This document shows, piece by piece, positions 29,211 to 38,114 of a DNA stretch of 64,000 bases; within the stretch, counting starts at the first letter, position 1, and each line of letters opens with the position of its first letter. The notes below the pieces were generated by a model that saw nothing but the letters and a program-made list of their open reading frames with translations, searched no databases and was not told where the DNA came from. The stretch spans positions 38,432-102,431 of the forward strand of contig JBAQUX010000009.1 of assembly GCA_049297775.1 (NCBI GenBank). The letters are read 5' to 3'. A program made the translations under genes and the position numbers. The DNA comes from Minisyncoccia bacterium. GTDB taxonomy: Bacteria; Patescibacteriota; Minisyncoccia; Phycocordibacterales; UBA2100.

Positions 29211-29277
29211 GAATTTGAGAATACTAGCACATCTTTTCTTGCAAAAAAAGTACGTAAATTAATATAAAATGGGGAGG

Positions 29278-29523
29278 TTATGCACCTCCCCCAGACCCCG
29301 ACTTTTTCACGATGAACACCTCTATTACGTAGACACCGGGCTTATCCGTACGTATCTTCCGCAACTCAGTGGGACTCGTCCGCACAAACCCTTTCGCAAG
29401 GATTTCGGCGTGACGACTTCTCGCTACTTCAGGCGTGAGACCTTGTTCGAGCAGAGTTGCCTCTGTGTCGTGTTGAAAGTGCACAATAAGGTCTAGCATG
29501 AGAGAGCCCTCGGTTGAAATCAC
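29278..29523 (-). CDS. Small hypothetical protein (81 aa); stop codon embedded in a terminator-like hairpin
   Basis: ORF ends ...GGGA* encoded by ggggaggtgcataacctcccc hairpin followed by an A/T-rich tract; no family recognised. Confidence 0.3.
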   Translation of the reverse strand: MISTEGSLMLDLIVHFQHDTEATLLEQGLTPEVARSRHAEILAKGFVRTSPTELRKIRTDKPGVYVIEVFIVKKSGSGGGA

Positions 29524-29562
29524 TGCAACAAGAGCACCCTACACAATTTTTTATAATTACGC

Positions 29563-29589
29563 AAAAAAGGCGCCGAGGGCGCCTTTTTG
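29563..29589. terminator. Bidirectional rho-independent terminator (aaaaa-ggcgccgagggcgcc-ttttt)
   Basis: Palindromic ggcgcc arms flanked by A5 and T5 runs; lies directly 3' of the 29594 gene on the minus strand. Confidence 0.65.
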
Positions 29590-29593
29590 TTCG

Positions 29594-29917
29594 CTATCGT
29601 GCCGGAGTCTTCGGTAGTTTATTTTGAAGCTGTTGGAGCTGGTTCATAACATCGTTTACGCCACCAAATTGGTCACTTACCTGTTTGGTAGCACCCTGTA
29701 CCTGATTTAACGCGCCTTGTACTTTGTTCAACTGTGTCATTGCCGTTTGAAGCATAGGAAGCAAGTAGTACAGTGGCAAAATAATAAATGCCGCATAAAT
29801 AACAATTTTGATGAGACCGCCCAGAAACGCATTGCGTCGTTGTGCATGCAACATGCGGTTGTTTTCACTGGCGAGTGCAAAAGTTCGCTTGAGTAATTCG
29901 TATTGTTCTTCGTTCAT
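29594..29917 (-). CDS. Small membrane/coiled-coil protein (approx 107-113 aa)
   Basis: ORF-track start 29935 is a TTG; first ATG gives MNEEQYELLK... at 29917. Central TM helix (LIKIVIYAAFIILPLYYLLPML) then Q/N-rich coiled-coil. Confidence 0.4.
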   Translation of the reverse strand: MNEEQYELLKRTFALASENNRMLHAQRRNAFLGGLIKIVIYAAFIILPLYYLLPMLQTAMTQLNKVQGALNQVQGATKQVSDQFGGVNDVMNQLQQLQNKLPKTPAR

Positions 29918-29939
29918 AATGAAAGTATACCGCAAAAAT

Positions 29940-30395
29940 AGTCGAGTGACTGCATCACTCTGGGGACAGAGGCATTAATTTGTGTCTCACCGAGAATAGG
30001 TATAGGATGCGAAAGTGCCCTCAACACGCACGGAAAGAAGAGGTGTTCCTTGGCTAAGAAAACACGTGGTAAAGGGTTCGACACCCTGCTCAGCGTTGCG
30101 ATTGTTCGCCCCGCATGCGCTCACACCGATTGCTGGCGAGTGATGGCAAAATATCGCTTCACTCATCACGCAAATCGCAAGCGCACGCACACGTACAAGG
30201 TCCGCATCGGTGCAAGCCGAAAAGGACGCGACTTACGACAAGTCGACGCAATGCAGACGGCGAAGGAATTTGCTCGACGCAGAAACTGGACCCAGAGTAT
30301 AAAAATTGTCGACCACGGCAAATACACCTGGTGAATACACCATTCACCACGCCACGCACAGCCGGGATTGTTTCGACACAATCCCGGCGTTTTTA
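29940..30395 (+). other. Unassigned transcription unit: ~450-nt GC-enriched, hairpin-rich segment ending in a strong intrinsic terminator; either a structured ncRNA or an unusual TTG-initiated 94-aa very basic ORF (30050-30334)
   Basis: No ATG-initiated ORF of credible composition. A TTG ORF with upstream ggaaagaagagg RBS-like element encodes a Trp/Cys/His/Arg-rich peptide. GC clearly higher than flanks. Multiple local hairpins (gagtgactgcatcactc; tggtgaatacaccattcacca) and a T-arm-like GGGTTCGACACCC. Confidence 0.3.
30362..30395 (+). terminator. Rho-independent terminator (ccgggattgt-ttcgac-acaatcccgg + TTTTT)
   Basis: 10-bp perfect stem, followed by gttttta on the + strand; precedes the methyltransferase gene start at 30438. 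Confidence 0.75.
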
Positions 30396-30437
30396 TTACT
30401 CGTTCACAATGTACTCATTTGCGATATACTTCCCTAC

Positions 30438-30947
30438 ATGAGTACAGAAAAAACTCCTTCATTCCCGCCACTCAAAAAAGGAGACGACGTACTGCCTGGT
30501 TGGGAAGATTTTCACAACCAGTGGTTACTCGCTGATAGTTTTATATACATGATGCAGGACATGAGCATATCAATAGGCCCAGCGAGTAAGATTATTGACC
30601 TAGGAACTGGGCTTGGCAAATTTCCAGAAATATTAAGGCGTATGGGTTATGAATATGCTTTTGGCGTAGATATATCACAGCGTGGTAAACCTGGCCCTGA
30701 TATTGTTGCGCGTATCGAACAACTTCCCTTTACTGACGGATCAATTGACTTCATTACCGCATCATCAGTGTTTGATGCACAAGTCTATAATCAAGATGAA
30801 ACTCTCATGCTAAAAGAAATAGCACGGGTACTTAAACCCGGAGGAATTTTTTATAGTTTCTCAAACACATTTAATGTTACCGTACCTGCCTCACTCAAGA
30901 TAATACCGGGTACATCTGGCGCAGTTCCTATGTATAAAAAGACATAA
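30438..30947 (+). CDS. Class I SAM-dependent methyltransferase
   Basis: Start trimmed to ATG 30438 (after the terminator). Motif I IIDLGTGLGKF, motif post-I FGVDIS, motif II/III ITASSVFD...LKPGGIFY. Confidence 0.7.
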   Translation: MSTEKTPSFPPLKKGDDVLPGWEDFHNQWLLADSFIYMMQDMSISIGPASKIIDLGTGLGKFPEILRRMGYEYAFGVDISQRGKPGPDIVARIEQLPFTDGSIDFITASSVFDAQVYNQDETLMLKEIARVLKPGGIFYSFSNTFNVTVPASLKIIPGTSGAVPMYKKT

Positions 30948-30960
30948 CATTACACATTGC

Positions 30961-31794
30961 ATGACCTTACACAGTAAAAAATATTTTCAAATGAACGGGC
31001 TTGGGAACAAAATTCTCGTTGTTGATATGCGTGAAGACAATAGCCCTATTGACCCACAAGAAGTAGCGAAAATAAATAAAACTCCAGTACTCTCTTTTGA
31101 CCAACTTATGGTCCTCCGAGAACCTAAAACGTCTGGCACGTTACGCTACGTCCAGATTTTTAATAGTGATGGTTCCGAAGCGCGCGCATGTGGCAACGGC
31201 ACACGGTGTGTTGCTTGGTACTTGTCTCAAGAAAATGAATTACCAATATTTTCTATTGAAACAGTCGCCGGAATTCTTATCTGCGAAAAAGAAAGTGAAT
31301 GGCAGTACCGTGTTGATATGGGCGAGCCAAAACTTGATTGGCAGGAAATCCCTCTTGCCTCAGCACATGACACACTATCAACATCGTTCATTCTGCCCGA
31401 GTACCCAAACCTTCCCGATGCTGTCTGTGTAAACATGGGTAACCCACATATCATATTTTTTGTGCCTGATGTGGCATCAATTCCCCTACGAGACATTGGT
31501 CCCATACTAGAACACGACGCACTCCTTCCCGATCGTGCAAATGTATCGTTTGTGCAAGTGGACACGCGAACACACCTCATACAGCGTGTGTGGGAGCGTG
31601 GCGCGGGGGCAACACGCGCGTGCGGAACGGGTGCATGTGCAGCATTAGTGGCTGGTGCGCGAAGAGACCTCACCGAACGACATGCACGAGTATCCTTACC
31701 TGGCGGAGACCTACATATCGAATGGCGAGATAATAATCACGTGATGTTGCAGGGACCGGTAGAGCTAGAGTCAGTGGGAAATTTTATTTTCTAA
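30961..31794 (+). CDS. dapF: Diaminopimelate epimerase
   Basis: MNGLGNKILVVD (cf. MHGLGNDFMVVD), first catalytic Cys in CGNGTRC, VDMGEP, MGNPHIIFFV, ERGAGATRACGTGACA (second catalytic Cys), LPGGDLHIEW. Start may be the internal Met at 30991. Confidence 0.85.
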   Translation: MTLHSKKYFQMNGLGNKILVVDMREDNSPIDPQEVAKINKTPVLSFDQLMVLREPKTSGTLRYVQIFNSDGSEARACGNGTRCVAWYLSQENELPIFSIETVAGILICEKESEWQYRVDMGEPKLDWQEIPLASAHDTLSTSFILPEYPNLPDAVCVNMGNPHIIFFVPDVASIPLRDIGPILEHDALLPDRANVSFVQVDTRTHLIQRVWERGAGATRACGTGACAALVAGARRDLTERHARVSLPGGDLHIEWRDNNHVMLQGPVELESVGNFIF

Positions 31795-31859
31795 CAAAGA
31801 ATACCTACGACCTGTAGACAACGCCGTCACGGAGATATGCATTATGTTACGCTTCTCAC

Positions 31860-33215
31860 ATGAGTGTTTCAATTATTGGACCATTTACCTCAAACCCTTT
31901 TTCGTCATCAACTGGTCATGACGATACAATCATGAAGGTGTACTACGAACTGTGTCGTGGTGTACAGAGTGATACTCGCGCACGTTTTGCCTTTTACATG
32001 TGGAATTACGATGACGGCAGTTACAGCTCATTCACTCCTAAGGTTATTACAGACGCACTCACCGGACCGTCCCTATCCTCTCGCGAATCTTACGACGTTA
32101 AGATACTTTTGGATGTAGATCACTACTCTGACGACCCAGAGCATGAAAAGTATCCGAATTACGAAGCGTACACGAGATTGAAAGAGGCTTTTGGCAATAG
32201 ACGGGTATCGCTGGTTAAAAAGAAAGAGATGGGGCTCGGTGAGGAGTCTGGGTTTGCAATGCACCTCAAGCTCATAACTATTGATAAAATAACTTTCGAT
32301 AATGAGTGTGTCGTTGACGAACTCCGAGGGAAGACGCTCGAACACGTAGTGACAGTAAGCTCTGCAAATATCTGGGGCGAATCGCAGTATTACTCTGCCA
32401 ATGACCTTATACTATTCCACGGAGATAAGGATTTATATGAGGAAGCCTTTGCTTGTTGGGAGCAGGCGGAAAAAGATGCGACGCCAACGAGTGGTTACTG
32501 CGAAGGGTTCACTCAAGATGCTCGAACTGACAAAAAATTCGATAATGTAAAGTGGTACTACTTCCCAAGAAAAAAAGATGATGTGGTTGAAGATATTGTA
32601 AAAAATATGCGGACATCCATGGATACTTTTGATAGCTGGTGGAGCAGAACTTGGAACCTTGAAAACAAAACTAAAGCTCGACTTTCCATGGCATATTTTA
32701 CAGAAGGTCGGCTCGGTGTCGCTCAAGAATTAGGACTTGTGGATGATTACTACCACTCAGACGTGAAGACTGTACTTCGCTTTCATGATATTACAGATGA
32801 CCCCACAGATTCATCAGATGACGAATCTGTTGAAAAAAATAAAAATTTGTACGAATCGGTAATTAATGAACTTGAGCACCATGAAATAGCAACGACCATA
32901 CTTCCTACTTCAGGTTCTACACCGCTCCTTCACAATAAATTTCTCACATTTCGAGGGCGCTACCCTTTAAGCGGAACCACAGAGTACAGAAAGATTGTTT
33001 GGACTGGCTCACATAATTACACTCATTCGGCACTTCGGAACAACGCGGAGACCATGGTGCGAATTGAAGATGACACGATATACGATACGTACAAAAGTTA
33101 TTTTGATTTACTTATGGATAGTACAGAGAGTGCGGATACTGGTCACTTAGTGGTAGCAATAGTTGTGGGAGTACTCCTCATTGCTGGAGCGGTAACTGCA
33201 ATATTAATTTTTTAG
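31860..33215 (+). CDS. Phospholipase D-like (PLD/Nuc superfamily) protein with two HKD motifs and a C-terminal TM anchor
   Basis: Motif 1 HLKLITID...VSSANIWGESQYYSAND; motif 2 HNKFLTF...TGSHNYTHSALRNNAE (HxK ... GSxN...N.E pattern); C-terminal helix LVVAIVVGVLLIAGAVTAILIF. Confidence 0.55.
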   Translation: MSVSIIGPFTSNPFSSSTGHDDTIMKVYYELCRGVQSDTRARFAFYMWNYDDGSYSSFTPKVITDALTGPSLSSRESYDVKILLDVDHYSDDPEHEKYPNYEAYTRLKEAFGNRRVSLVKKKEMGLGEESGFAMHLKLITIDKITFDNECVVDELRGKTLEHVVTVSSANIWGESQYYSANDLILFHGDKDLYEEAFACWEQAEKDATPTSGYCEGFTQDARTDKKFDNVKWYYFPRKKDDVVEDIVKNMRTSMDTFDSWWSRTWNLENKTKARLSMAYFTEGRLGVAQELGLVDDYYHSDVKTVLRFHDITDDPTDSSDDESVEKNKNLYESVINELEHHEIATTILPTSGSTPLLHNKFLTFRGRYPLSGTTEYRKIVWTGSHNYTHSALRNNAETMVRIEDDTIYDTYKSYFDLLMDSTESADTGHLVVAIVVGVLLIAGAVTAILIF

Positions 33216-33249
33216 CACTATAGAAAGCGCGCCACACTCCTTAAAAAAT

Positions 33250-33783
33250 TTAACTCGTCGGCTTTGGCGTACAATCAAAGCCTGGTGGTATCGAAGGCTC
33301 TCCTTCTACGGTTACTGAACCGAGCGGAACTACCGCAAACAACGGTGTATGTTCTGGACTATCCGCCTCAGAACGAACAGAGAGCTCGACGAGTTGCTCA
33401 TTCGCATCCAAGAAACTTGGCAGAGAAAGCGTAAATGTTCCTTTTGAAAACCGAGAGAACGCAATATTTTTCCGTATAGTTCCCGTTGGCACTCCTGCAC
33501 TATTCCGTTGCAATACGCAGGCAAACACTTCGACATGCTGAGCAATACCCACAGTATCTTTCGGGGCGTACTCTGGAGAGGCGTAACTGATTATAAAATT
33601 ATCTGTTCGTTTTTTTAAAACACGCGGAGCAACGTCTGCACTAAATGCTTGAGGAGATTCTTTATCCACGCTCTGACCAAATGCGTTCGGCACACGGCCT
33701 GCAAGCAAACCTAAGGATGCTCCAATACCTGCGAGAACCGTACGCCTGTTATGTTGTGGTTTTATATTTTCAGACATAGACAC
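33250..33783 (-). CDS. Secreted hypothetical protein with twin-arginine (Tat)-like signal
   Basis: N-terminus MSMSENIKPQHNRRTVLAGIGASLGLLAG with a signal-peptidase-like AFG cleavage site; no domain recognised. Confidence 0.4.
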   Translation of the reverse strand: MSMSENIKPQHNRRTVLAGIGASLGLLAGRVPNAFGQSVDKESPQAFSADVAPRVLKKRTDNFIISYASPEYAPKDTVGIAQHVEVFACVLQRNSAGVPTGTIRKNIAFSRFSKGTFTLSLPSFLDANEQLVELSVRSEADSPEHTPLFAVVPLGSVTVEGEPSIPPGFDCTPKPTS

Positions 33784-33823
33784 AGTATAAAGTATATATC
33801 ATCTCAGTGTTGCCGACTGTAAA

Positions 33824-35281
33824 CTACTGTTCAATGGTTTCTTTCAGCTCGGCTTCGTTCGACATGAACGACGCATGGTCATCGTGAGTCCGATACTGAA
33901 TAGTTTGTCCGAATCTGCGCATCATGTTCATTTTGTATACCAAGTGCTCATCAGTGGTAAATTGCAATTCGCGTTGAATCGCCTCTTCAGGCCAATGTGG
34001 AAATTCTTTGCGTAATTCTGCGGCACGCTCGGCGACCGCATGTGTTCCTCGCTCACTCGCGCGAATTTGGTCCTGTCTGTATGCAAGTGCAGAAATAGCA
34101 AAATCAAGCTCTTCGTCTGGAACGCCATACTCAGATTGTAGTTTCTTCCCAATTTCTAGTCGCTGACTTTCCTTCACAGAAGTTTGTGCACCGACAACGA
34201 AACTTCTCTGAAGACCTATAAAATGGCCATTTCGTTCAGCAAGAAAATACTGATGTAATTGCTCTGGCGCAAAGAGGACCGCACACACTGCGCGCGCTTT
34301 ATAGGCATCCATATAGTACCCACCTCCTTGACCCTGACGCACAATTTCTCTGTTGTACCCCAGGTCACGGACGTAGGTACTTAAGAGCCTACTTATTGAT
34401 TCGCGTTTTTTTTCATCAGTATCTGCTTTTGCAAAATCAGTGTGATACCACGAAGCACGATACTTGTCGTTCAGAAAAGTCTTTCGAGACTCAGGGTTTT
34501 GCCCGCTCAGTACGGTAAGCGCAGCAGTAACGAGCTGTGGCCGTATCTCCCGCACGCGCTCACGCGCACTGGTGTACGCAGACTGCAACTCTGATTTACT
34601 TCGTGAAAAGAATTCCTTCGGTAGCTGATACTCAAACACGAGAGTATCTATATCCTTTTGGGATGTTGCAACTCCGCTCCAGACACCATGCGCATCACGC
34701 GCGGTATTTAAAATTCTACGCGGATTAAGTCCAGCTTTGCGCGCCTCATATTGCGTCAGTAAATACGTGCCCGCATCTCCAACACCAATTGGAGCTGAGT
34801 ATAAGTCATACCCACGGATTTGAGATTCATTTGGTGGGGTCGCCGATCCAAAAAAACCTCCAGAGCTTCGTCCAAACGCGTAGACTTCCCGCGGATGCGT
34901 ATGTCCGCTCTCTATAGCAACCACATCAGGATTTTTTTGAAGGTACTGAATCGCTTTCCCAATTGGGGTTATGCTCGTGGTTCCACTTTCAGCACTGCGC
35001 ATTCCCAAAATAGTTATGGACCCGTCCGCAGTCGGTGGCGTATGCTCAAAACCAACCTCCCCTCTCCCGCGCAAAAGATTTTCTTGAATTTTTTTCCTAA
35101 AATCCGCGTACGGCATTGTTTGTCCTTCCAGTGAAAGCTCTTGGGCTTGGGCGCGCTCTTTTGGAAAAAAGAGCGCGATACCTGCAGAGGCGCCAAGTGT
35201 AAGTGCGGTGCGTCGTGATACGTCTATCATCAGAAAATAATACCACGGCGACTCTTTTAAAGTATTTTCTATAAATGACAT
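33824..35281 (-). CDS. Secreted hypothetical protein with Tat-like signal (SRRTALTLGASAGIALF); possible metal-dependent hydrolase (ESGHTHP motif) but family not established
   Basis: Twin-Arg signal; GHTH motif but its position does not fit the calcineurin-like phosphoesterase motif order; true start may be the internal Met (MIDVSRR...). Confidence 0.35.
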   Translation of the reverse strand: MSFIENTLKESPWYYFLMIDVSRRTALTLGASAGIALFFPKERAQAQELSLEGQTMPYADFRKKIQENLLRGRGEVGFEHTPPTADGSITILGMRSAESGTTSITPIGKAIQYLQKNPDVVAIESGHTHPREVYAFGRSSGGFFGSATPPNESQIRGYDLYSAPIGVGDAGTYLLTQYEARKAGLNPRRILNTARDAHGVWSGVATSQKDIDTLVFEYQLPKEFFSRSKSELQSAYTSARERVREIRPQLVTAALTVLSGQNPESRKTFLNDKYRASWYHTDFAKADTDEKKRESISRLLSTYVRDLGYNREIVRQGQGGGYYMDAYKARAVCAVLFAPEQLHQYFLAERNGHFIGLQRSFVVGAQTSVKESQRLEIGKKLQSEYGVPDEELDFAISALAYRQDQIRASERGTHAVAERAAELRKEFPHWPEEAIQRELQFTTDEHLVYKMNMMRRFGQTIQYRTHDDHASFMSNEAELKETIEQ

Positions 35282-35299
35282 TTCGTATATACTTGCTCG

Positions 35300-35623
35300 A
35301 TGGAACGAGTATCTGCAGATAATGACAACAAGCCATACAAGCGTGGCGAAGTGGTTGCTCTTACCGGGCGCTCACTCCGTGAGGTAGAGAGTTATTTTAA
35401 GGAAAAGCCACCATATATATTTCTTTGCTATGGTGATACAAAAGCTACGTGCTTAGTTACGTCACGCTCTACGTGGAGCACAGAATCACTCCGACGGCGC
35501 ATCCCAGAACAAATTCCTTCTCGACCACTCGAACTTGCTAACTACGATTTACCTCCGCATATTTATGGCATAGCAACAAAGGATATTTCACCTACCCGAG
35601 GACCGAGGAGCACAGACAGTTAG
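35300..35623 (+). CDS. Hypothetical small protein (107 aa)
   Basis: Complete ORF, no motif recognised. Confidence 0.25.
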   Translation: MERVSADNDNKPYKRGEVVALTGRSLREVESYFKEKPPYIFLCYGDTKATCLVTSRSTWSTESLRRRIPEQIPSRPLELANYDLPPHIYGIATKDISPTRGPRSTDS

Positions 35624-35766
35624 CGCATATACCTACCACCATTGCGGTGCGACAATTACTTTAAATACTAAAAGAGTCACCGCACCTAATCAGCGAGTTG
35701 AGTATGGAGTCCTAAGACGCAGGTGTAAATATGCCTGTCATGGGTATTTTTGATACACTGTGATAC

Positions 35767-36282
35767 ATGACTGAACCTGGGACACCAAGCTTTGGCGTTT
35801 TAGCCGTAAAGGATTTGATGATGCTAGATGCGCACGAATTTGACCAGGGCCCAAAAGGATGGCGATCACTCATAGGAACGACTCCGAATGAGACTATTGC
35901 TGAAGTAATATTACAATATATTGCACAGCACAAAGCAGAACTTGAGCTACCTAAAGGCAATAACTACCCACGAATTACCGTCTTACATTTTCATGCAGCC
36001 CAATGTTATATGATGGGAGGCACAGCACACTATGCATCTGCCCTCCCCCTCCTTGAACAATCACGAACGAATTACGAACATTCAATTCCTTGGAATGCCT
36101 ACGTTGATGCGACCATTGGGTTTATAACAAAAGATATAGAAAAGGTTCGTACCGCACTTCATCTTGTCGAATCCCCTGCGCACCGAGACAATAAGAGCGG
36201 TAATGCTCCGTTCGTCCGCTCGCTCCTCAATTCTCTTGCATCAGGCAACTATGACTACAAAAGCGCTTACACACCAAAATAA
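35767..36282 (+). CDS. Hypothetical protein (171 aa)
   Basis: Complete ORF, no motif recognised. Confidence 0.3.
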   Translation: MTEPGTPSFGVLAVKDLMMLDAHEFDQGPKGWRSLIGTTPNETIAEVILQYIAQHKAELELPKGNNYPRITVLHFHAAQCYMMGGTAHYASALPLLEQSRTNYEHSIPWNAYVDATIGFITKDIEKVRTALHLVESPAHRDNKSGNAPFVRSLLNSLASGNYDYKSAYTPK

Positions 36283-36431
36283 TTGTACGTATCCAGATTA
36301 TTTCCTTTCTCCGTAACGAGGACCGATTTCGTTTTTCAGAGAAAGAAAATATGGTGACTGTTCCCTTTTTAACTGTCCCCTTATATTTAAGTCCACTCTG
36401 AATTTTTATTTCGTGCAGGCTATACTGAGGT

Positions 36432-37202
36432 ATGAAAAAAATAATAATTACACACGTAACAATTGGGTTATTTTTAGTAAGTGCAGTAACAGCGCACGCT
36501 CAGACCATAGACATGCGGGATTACTTCCCTACAGTAACCGGAAATAATGCCCTGATAAAACATGTTTCTTCATTAAATACTAATGGGGCTATCAGTGCTA
36601 ATGTATTAATTACGCAGTACTCAGCGAGCGCTGACACGCTACTCCAGAAAGATTTTGAGCTCAGGCAAGATTTAAGCGGATACGACTGGAAAGATACATG
36701 GTACATGAAACGGATGCCGACAAAATTGATTGAATATAGGGACGACTATCCAACAATAACTGGAGTCAAAGCTTTGACCTACGAAACAGGAAAAGAAATT
36801 AATTGGGGTGGCGCGTACACTGTTGGACAAGAAGTCACTTCAAATGTTGTCGCAGACCCTGCACAATCAATCGGTTTAAATGCCTGGGATCCATGGCGCT
36901 ATGCATTTCACTCCTTTAAGCTCGAGAGCATACTTTCGTCATTTCCTGTTGGTGGAGCCACATACCCAAACGTTGCCGTAGTAGACCACTACCAAATCAT
37001 CTGTGTTGATTCACAATGTAACTATATAAATGGACCGAGTAGCGCAAAAATTTATGTGCTTCGATTCTGGCTTGCTCCTGAAATTGGCATAGTACAGACT
37101 AAGTACATCTACAATAACGAGACACCATCAACAAATGGTCGTATAGACTACGTTTCAAAAAAGTGTACAGGCCCGAATACGCAGTATTGGTGTACAAATT
37201 AG
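36432..37202 (+). CDS. Secreted hypothetical protein (signal peptide, 256 aa)
   Basis: N-terminal signal MKKIIITHVTIGLFLVSAVTAHAQT; Trp/Tyr/Thr-rich, Cys pairs near C-terminus; followed by a clean terminator. Confidence 0.4.
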   Translation: MKKIIITHVTIGLFLVSAVTAHAQTIDMRDYFPTVTGNNALIKHVSSLNTNGAISANVLITQYSASADTLLQKDFELRQDLSGYDWKDTWYMKRMPTKLIEYRDDYPTITGVKALTYETGKEINWGGAYTVGQEVTSNVVADPAQSIGLNAWDPWRYAFHSFKLESILSSFPVGGATYPNVAVVDHYQIICVDSQCNYINGPSSAKIYVLRFWLAPEIGIVQTKYIYNNETPSTNGRIDYVSKKCTGPNTQYWCTN

Positions 37203-37206
37203 TTCA

Positions 37207-37238
37207 CAAAAAAACCGAGACAATGTCTCGGTTTTTTT
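37207..37238. terminator. Bidirectional rho-independent terminator (A8-ccgagacaatgtctcgg-T7) between convergent genes
   Basis: Perfect 7-bp stem, flanking A and T runs. Confidence 0.75.
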
Positions 37239-37254
37239 ATACACACATACATAC

Positions 37255-37833
37255 TTATTTTTTTAGTATTACGAGCAGACTTTTTGCGTGAGCAAGGGCA
37301 ACCAAGGCGTTAAACACGAGTGCTGCGAATGGATACACGTAGCTTTCAAAAGCTGTATTCGTAATCACCAGTATATTTACAAATGATGCAAGCGAGAAGA
37401 GGAACCACGTGAGCACCTGCGTCTTTTGTGGATTTTTGTATGCGTCAATGAGGCTTGGAACTCCCGCACCGAAGTAGTTACCAAGCACGATTGCATATAA
37501 ACCATAGGTCGCATCGGTAACGAACCAGATAATTACTGAGACTACAACAACACTGAGCGCAATATTTTCTTTTCTACCCCAAGACCACGAGCGCGTTTTG
37601 AGCAAGAGCCCGATAAGAAGAAAGTTTGAAATAATAAAACCGAGACCGACGTATGGCGTCTCCCCTCCTGAGAAAATAGTCGTGGTAACGGCGCATGCAC
37701 CGGTAACTATCCACAATGTGAATGTGGCGATGTTTGGCTGTGCGGTGCGATTCCATACCCTCAAAAAAAGCGGTATGTACGCACAGATGATAAGTATGAT
37801 GGGTAGACTAACGAGGAATGTGCTGAAGTGCAT
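37255..37833 (-). CDS. Hypothetical integral membrane protein (about 6 TM)
   Basis: Hydrophobic throughout; no family recognised. Confidence 0.35.
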   Translation of the reverse strand: MHFSTFLVSLPIILIICAYIPLFLRVWNRTAQPNIATFTLWIVTGACAVTTTIFSGGETPYVGLGFIISNFLLIGLLLKTRSWSWGRKENIALSVVVVSVIIWFVTDATYGLYAIVLGNYFGAGVPSLIDAYKNPQKTQVLTWFLFSLASFVNILVITNTAFESYVYPFAALVFNALVALAHAKSLLVILKK

Positions 37834-38114
37834 GTTAAGTAATCATATCACGCAAAAAACGCACAGTATAAGTATGGTGACTGTCGCCTTATTTGTAATA
37901 AAAACAGGAGGACTCCACACAGAAAAAGCAGAGGTCGTACTCAACAAACTGAAGGAACTCCCACCCGATGCACCTGATGCTGACATCTTAAAAATATTCT
38001 CAACCACCGAAGGCCTCATCCCCTCAAAAAGAATCACTGTACCTATTAGTGAACTAAGTGCGTATCTCGCGGCAGAGATGTAAGTACTCACTCCCCGACT
38101 CACTCCCCGACGCT

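Noticed and set aside
30050-30334. Calling the TTG-initiated 94-aa basic ORF a ribosomal protein or other known small basic protein
   Set aside because: No resemblance to L28, L31-L36, S20, S21 or S22 families from memory. Its W/C/H-rich composition is atypical for a real small protein. It is kept only as an alternative explanation of the locus.
29940-30395. Assignment of the GC-rich transcription unit to tmRNA, RNase P RNA or SRP RNA
   Set aside because: I looked for tmRNA tRNA-like ends (5' GGGG...UUCGAC and 3' ...CCACCA pairing), the RNase P P4 strands (AGGAAAGUCCGGGCUCC and ACAGAACCCGGCUUA) and SRP domain IV (AGGUCCGGAAGGAAGCAGC). None is present, only short partial resemblances such as GGGUUCGACACCC and GAAAGUGCCC. 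It is left unclassified.
33824-35281. Calcineurin-like metallophosphoesterase assignment for the Tat-signal 485-aa protein
   Set aside because: The GHTH motif occurs near the N-terminus of the mature protein, whereas in calcineurin-like phosphoesterases GHxH is the last of the ordered metal-binding motifs. The preceding DxH, GD and GNHE motifs were not found upstream. It is downgraded to unknown metal-dependent hydrolase candidate.
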